Of a stretch of DNA of 32,000 bases, positions 28,184-32,000 are shown in pieces. Source of the stretch: Bacillus subtilis subsp. subtilis str. 168. GTDB taxonomy: Bacteria > Bacillota > Bacilli > Bacillales > Bacillaceae. The notes under the pieces are model-generated. The model did not search any database, was not told where the DNA came from, and worked only from the letters and a program-made list of their open reading frames with translations. The translations under genes were made by a program, and so were the position numbers. The DNA is taken from positions 1,050,001 to 1,082,000 of the forward strand of contig NC_000964.3 in the NCBI RefSeq assembly GCF_000009045.1. The letters run 5' to 3'. Positions within the stretch are counted from its first letter, which is position 1, and each line of letters starts with the position of its first letter.

Positions 28184-29402
28184 TATGCTTGATATTTGGC
28201 AGTCGCGGCTGCAGGAGCATATCAAAGAAACAAGAACATACATGAAATATATGCTCAACGATCACCTCGTCATTGTTTTGATTTTTTTTCTAGCGGGCGC
28301 TGCAAGCTGGTACAGCAAATGGATACGGGACATTCCCGCTCACTTTCCGTCCTTTTGGGTGATGGCCGTGCTGTTTTCGCTCGTATTGACAAGCTCTTAT
28401 GTGCGAACGCTTTTGAAGGAGGCTGACCTTGTTTTCTTATTGCCTCTTGAAGCAAAAATGGAGCCTTACTTGAAGCAGGCGTTTGTCTACAGCTATGTGT
28501 CTCAGCTGTTTCCGCTGATTGCGCTGAGCATCGTTGCGATGCCGCTTTATTTCGCAGTCACTCCGGGAGCTTCGCTCGTATCGTATGCCGCGGTCTTTGT
28601 CCAACTGTTGCTGCTGAAAGCGTGGAATCAGGTAATGGAATGGCGAACGACTTTCCAAAACGACCGCAGCATGAAACGGATGGACGTCATCATTCGCTTT
28701 GCGGCGAATACACTCGTTCTTTATTTTGTTTTCCAATCTGTTTATATGTATGCGCTTCTCGTCTATGTCATTATGGCTGTTCTTTATCTGTATATGTCTT
28801 CCGCAGCAAAACGGAAAACATTTAAATGGGAGAGCCATATTGAGTCCGAATTGAGACGAAAGCAGCGTTTCTATCGGATTGCCAACCTGTTTACTGATGT
28901 GCCGCATTTGCGAAAGCAAGCCAAACGCAGAGCTTATCTCGACTTTTTGCTGCGGCTTGTGCCGTTTGAACAGCGCAAAACATTTGCCTATATGTTCACC
29001 CGCGCCTTTTTGCGTTCGAGCGATTATTTGGGCATTCTTGTCAGATTAACGATCGTTTTCGCGCTGATCATTATGTATGTCTCAGCCAGCCCGCTGATTG
29101 CCGCGGTTTTGACTGTGTTTGCCATTTTCATTACGGGCATTCAGCTTCTGCCGCTCTTCGGTCACTTTGACCATCTGGCGCTTCAAGAGCTGTACCCTGT
29201 GCAAAAAGAAACAAAGCTGAAAAGCTATTTCTCTCTATTAAAAACTGCACTTAGTATTCAAGCGCTGCTGATGTCTGTTGCATCTGCCTATGCAGCCGGC
29301 TTGACCGGTTTTCTGTACGCGCTGATCGGTTCTGCCGTTCTGATTTTTGTTGTTTTGCCTGCTTATATGACGACCAGGCTGAAAAAGCACGGAAAGCTGT
29401 GA
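28176..29402 (+). CDS. ecsB: ABC transporter permease EcsB (408 aa)
   Basis: MNNMLDIWQSRLQEHIKETRTYMKYMLNDHLVIVLIFFL...; 8-nt overlap with ecsA. Confidence 0.96.
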   Translation: MNNMLDIWQSRLQEHIKETRTYMKYMLNDHLVIVLIFFLAGAASWYSKWIRDIPAHFPSFWVMAVLFSLVLTSSYVRTLLKEADLVFLLPLEAKMEPYLKQAFVYSYVSQLFPLIALSIVAMPLYFAVTPGASLVSYAAVFVQLLLLKAWNQVMEWRTTFQNDRSMKRMDVIIRFAANTLVLYFVFQSVYMYALLVYVIMAVLYLYMSSAAKRKTFKWESHIESELRRKQRFYRIANLFTDVPHLRKQAKRRAYLDFLLRLVPFEQRKTFAYMFTRAFLRSSDYLGILVRLTIVFALIIMYVSASPLIAAVLTVFAIFITGIQLLPLFGHFDHLALQELYPVQKETKLKSYFSLLKTALSIQALLMSVASAYAAGLTGFLYALIGSAVLIFVVLPAYMTTRLKKHGKL

Positions 29403-29421
29403 ACTGAAAAGAGGTAATCAA

Positions 29422-30132
29422 ATGACAGATAATCAGCTGCTGATGCAGGAAGCTTTGGAATGGAAAATGCATTTTTTGCGAAAGGATTCCATGTTTGAAC
29501 GCTTTTCGAAGCGTGTCCAGACGAAGGTGAATGAACGGATTCCTGAAAAAATCCATACGGTCGTCACCGAGAGTGTGAAAAAAATGGTAGAAGCGACAAT
29601 GGCCGGCTCTAATATCATCACCTATAAAAAGGATACAAGTGCACTGTCGCTCAGTGAAAAAAACGAATTGGCGAAAAAAACGATTGTTTCTTATCAAAAA
29701 GTGGCAGCTGCTGAGGGAGTCGGCACCGGAGCGGGCGGCATTTTTTTAAGCATTGCTGATTTTCCGCTGCTGCTTTCAATTAAGATGAAGTGTTTATTTA
29801 CCTTGTCTTCCATTTACGGCTTTGATGTCAAGGATGCACAAGAAAGGATATTTTTGCTGCTCGTGTTTCAGCTTGCGTTTTCGAGTGATGATGGCCGTAA
29901 GTCGCTTTTTTCTGTCATCGAAAATTGGGAGACGGAGAAAAAGAGCATCGACTGGAGAGTGTTCCAGCAGGAATATCGCGATTATATCGACGTCGTGAAG
30001 CTTTTTCAGCTTTTGCCGGGCGTAGGAGCGGCAGTCGGCGGAATTGCCAATTATAAGCTGCTTGCTCAGCTTGGAGAAACGGCAAGACATGTTTTTCATC
30101 TGAGGATATTAAAGGAAACAGCCGGAGAATAA
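29422..30132 (+). CDS. ecsC: EcsC family protein, 236 aa
   Basis: GTGAGGIFLSIADFPLLLSIKMKCLFTLSSIYGFD, third gene of the ecs operon. Confidence 0.96.
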   Translation: MTDNQLLMQEALEWKMHFLRKDSMFERFSKRVQTKVNERIPEKIHTVVTESVKKMVEATMAGSNIITYKKDTSALSLSEKNELAKKTIVSYQKVAAAEGVGTGAGGIFLSIADFPLLLSIKMKCLFTLSSIYGFDVKDAQERIFLLLVFQLAFSSDDGRKSLFSVIENWETEKKSIDWRVFQQEYRDYIDVVKLFQLLPGVGAAVGGIANYKLLAQLGETARHVFHLRILKETAGE

Positions 30133-30149
30133 ACACTCCGGCTGTTTTT
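30120..30149. terminator. Terminator between convergent ecsC and yhaA
   Basis: AGCCGGAG - 8 nt - CTCCGGCT followed by GTTTTTT, overlapping the ecsC 3' end. Confidence 0.82.
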
Positions 30150-31340
30150 TTATAGCTGATGATAGGTGATCGCAGCGCCGGCAAGGACCTTGGCCGCTGT
30201 CAGCATGGCTTTTTCGTTGATATCAAATTTCGGATGGTGGTGGGAATAGACTCGCTCTGGCTGTTCGGGAGCGGCGCCTGTAAAGAAAAAAGTGCCCTTC
30301 ACGTTTTGTAAGTAATAAGCAAAATCCTCGCCGCCCATTTGTGGTTCACCGTCAATGACCTGCTGAACGCCCTCGGTATTCTTTGCGGTGCTCACCAAGT
30401 GGTTCGTTTCTGCAGGATGGTTCACAACCGCTGGATAACCCTGTTCATAGGTGTACTCATAGGACGCGCCGTGCATGCTGCATATTCCTTTTACAACCGC
30501 TTCAATTTCTTTCTCCAGAATGTCCCGGACATTTTCATCAAAAGAACGCGCTGTGCCGATGAGTACTGCTTGGTCTGCGATGACATTAAACGGATTGTCG
30601 GCGATGAAGGAGCCTGTCGAAATGACGGCGGATTGAATCGGATTGACTTTGCGGCTGACAATGTGCTGCAAAGAGGAAACGATTTGCGAACCGATTAGGA
30701 CGGCGTCTTTAGTATCATGCGGATGAGCGCCGTGGCCGCCCTTTCCGAAGACTTTAATCGTAAATCGGTCTGCCGCCGCCATTACGGCGCCGGGGCGGCA
30801 GAGAATAGTTCCGAGCGGCTCAGTTGCCCAAAGATGAGTGCCGAATATCACATCCGTGTTTTCGAGACATCCGTCATCAATCATTGGCTTTGCGCCTCCA
30901 GGATAATATTCTTCTGCATGCTGGTGGATCATCACAAATGTTCCCTTCAGTTCATGTCTGTTTTGGTGAAGGACCTTGGCCACTGCGAGAAGAGCTGCGG
31001 TGTGGCCGTCGTGGCCGCATGCATGCATGACACCAGGCACTTTGGAGGCGTAAGGGACATCTTTTTCATCTTGAATGGGGAGAGCGTCAAAGTCGGCCCT
31101 CAAAGCGACTGTAGGGCCGGGTTCGCTTCCTTCTATATTTGCTAAAACCCCTCTACCGCCAACGTTTGTGCGGATTGGGACTCCTAACGATTCATAATAG
31201 GAAGCAATAAATGCGGCGGTTTTTTCTTCTTGAAATGAGAGCTCAGGATACATATGAAAATGGCGCCTGATCTCAACCATTTCTTCAAAACAGCCGTCGA
31301 GCTGTTTGTTTATCTCTTTCTGCAGTGTGGATATGGACAA
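30150..31340 (-). CDS. yhaA: M20-family amidohydrolase (putative N-acyl-amino-acid/peptide deacylase) YhaA, 396 aa
   Basis: RRHFHMYPELSFQE, GVMHACGHDGHTA, IHQHAEEYYPGG, MGGEDFAYYLQ: M20D amidohydrolase motifs. Confidence 0.93.
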   Translation of the reverse strand: MSISTLQKEINKQLDGCFEEMVEIRRHFHMYPELSFQEEKTAAFIASYYESLGVPIRTNVGGRGVLANIEGSEPGPTVALRADFDALPIQDEKDVPYASKVPGVMHACGHDGHTAALLAVAKVLHQNRHELKGTFVMIHQHAEEYYPGGAKPMIDDGCLENTDVIFGTHLWATEPLGTILCRPGAVMAAADRFTIKVFGKGGHGAHPHDTKDAVLIGSQIVSSLQHIVSRKVNPIQSAVISTGSFIADNPFNVIADQAVLIGTARSFDENVRDILEKEIEAVVKGICSMHGASYEYTYEQGYPAVVNHPAETNHLVSTAKNTEGVQQVIDGEPQMGGEDFAYYLQNVKGTFFFTGAAPEQPERVYSHHHPKFDINEKAMLTAAKVLAGAAITYHQL

Positions 31341-31412
31341 AGCCGCTTCCCCCTTTTCTATGCTTTTCCATGATTGTATAGAAAAAGTCTGAATATTTCA
31401 ACTCATGCTGTT

Positions 31413-32000
31413 TTAAAGCATCATCACAGCTGCGAGGGTTGTCACCAAAAGGCCAATCGCGACGGGAATGAAGTTTTTTCTGGCAAGCTCAAAAGGATCA
31501 ACTTTGCAAATGGCCGCGGCGGGAATCAAAGCCCATGGGACCAGTGTTCCTCCGCCCACCCAGATGGCAGAGATTTGTCCGAGCGCGGTCAGAATAGCGG
31601 GATCGGCATGGAGAGCGGACGAAAAGAGCTTTGCGATGGAGCCGGCGAGAGAAATGCCAGAAAATCCTGAGCCGTCAAGGCCTGTTATGGCTCCAGCGGC
31701 AGTTAATGCAGTGGCGGCAAGCTCCTTTGACATAGGCATCATATGGGATAAAGCAATGCCAAGATCGTTGACAATGCCGTGGGAACCTTTAGGGAGTGAA
31801 GTGCCCAGTATGCTTTCATAGCCTGAGTCGCCAAGATAAAAGAAAGCGGCAATCGGGATGACGGGGCCGAAAACCTTAAAACCGAACTTAAATCCGTCAA
31901 TAAAATAGCCGGTGATTTTTTCAAGCCCTTTATGCTTATACACGAAAAAATGAACGGTAAAGAGGATACAAATTGCAGACCCGCCAATTAACGCGGTTGC
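31413..32000 (-). CDS. yhfA: Putative membrane transporter YhfA, C-terminal part only (5' end lies beyond the window)
   Basis: Frame stays open from the listed GTG start at 31943 to the window edge (ATALIGGSAICILFTVHFFVYKHKGLEKITGYF...), indicating truncation by the window rather than a 176-aa protein. Confidence 0.8.
   Translation of the reverse strand, partial: ATALIGGSAICILFTVHFFVYKHKGLEKITGYFIDGFKFGFKVFGPVIPIAAFFYLGDSGYESILGTSLPKGSHGIVNDLGIALSHMMPMSKELAATALTAAGAITGLDGSGFSGISLAGSIAKLFSSALHADPAILTALGQISAIWVGGGTLVPWALIPAAAICKVDPFELARKNFIPVAIGLLVTTLAAVMML

Noticed and set aside
29251-29697. 148-aa minus-strand ORF opposite ecsB/ecsC
   Set aside because: Spans the ecsB-ecsC junction in antisense and has no family resemblance.
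31374-31821. Plus-strand ORFs opposite yhfA (31374..31670, 31468..31821)
   Set aside because: Antisense to a clear membrane transporter frame that continues to the window edge.
31413-31943. YhfA as a complete 176-aa protein
   Set aside because: The frame is open through 32000 and encodes continuing TM-like sequence, so the GTG at 31943 is internal and the gene is simply cut by the window.
1-32000. Mobile element, prophage, CRISPR array, or defence island
   Set aside because: No transposase, integrase, phage structural gene, direct-repeat/spacer array or att-like duplication was seen; gene order and encoded proteins fit the conserved chromosomal core.

Overview
This 32 kb window matches the Bacillus subtilis group core chromosome across the sspB-yheE-yheD-yheC-yheB-yheA-yhaZ-yhaX-hemZ-khtUTS-yhaR-yhzD(?)-yhaQP-yhaONM-yhaL-prsA-(yjcZ-type microproteins)-yhaJ-yhaI-hpr/scoC-yhaH-trpP-serC-hit-ecsABC-yhaA-yhfA segment. 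Assignments come from recognising the encoded proteins and their order; no database search was run. Start codons of several ORF-track entries were moved to the position best supported by the ribosome-binding site, operon overlap or known protein length. I found no prophage, transposon, CRISPR array, rRNA, tRNA or defence island. No obviously new multi-gene system is visible. The items most worth following up are: (1) a promoter-to-terminator unit of about 230 nt with a long-range helix in the yhaZ-yhaX gap, which looks like a structured small RNA; (2) an uncalled small membrane-protein frame between the microprotein genes and yhaJ that lacks an ATG start; (3) three copies of AAACACCTCATTT-like sequence at 58 and 119 bp spacing upstream of ecsA; (4) the Rad50-like protein YhaN, which carries a putative transmembrane hairpin in the middle of its coiled-coil region; (5) GAG/UAG triplets consistent with a TRAP site over the trpP translation start.
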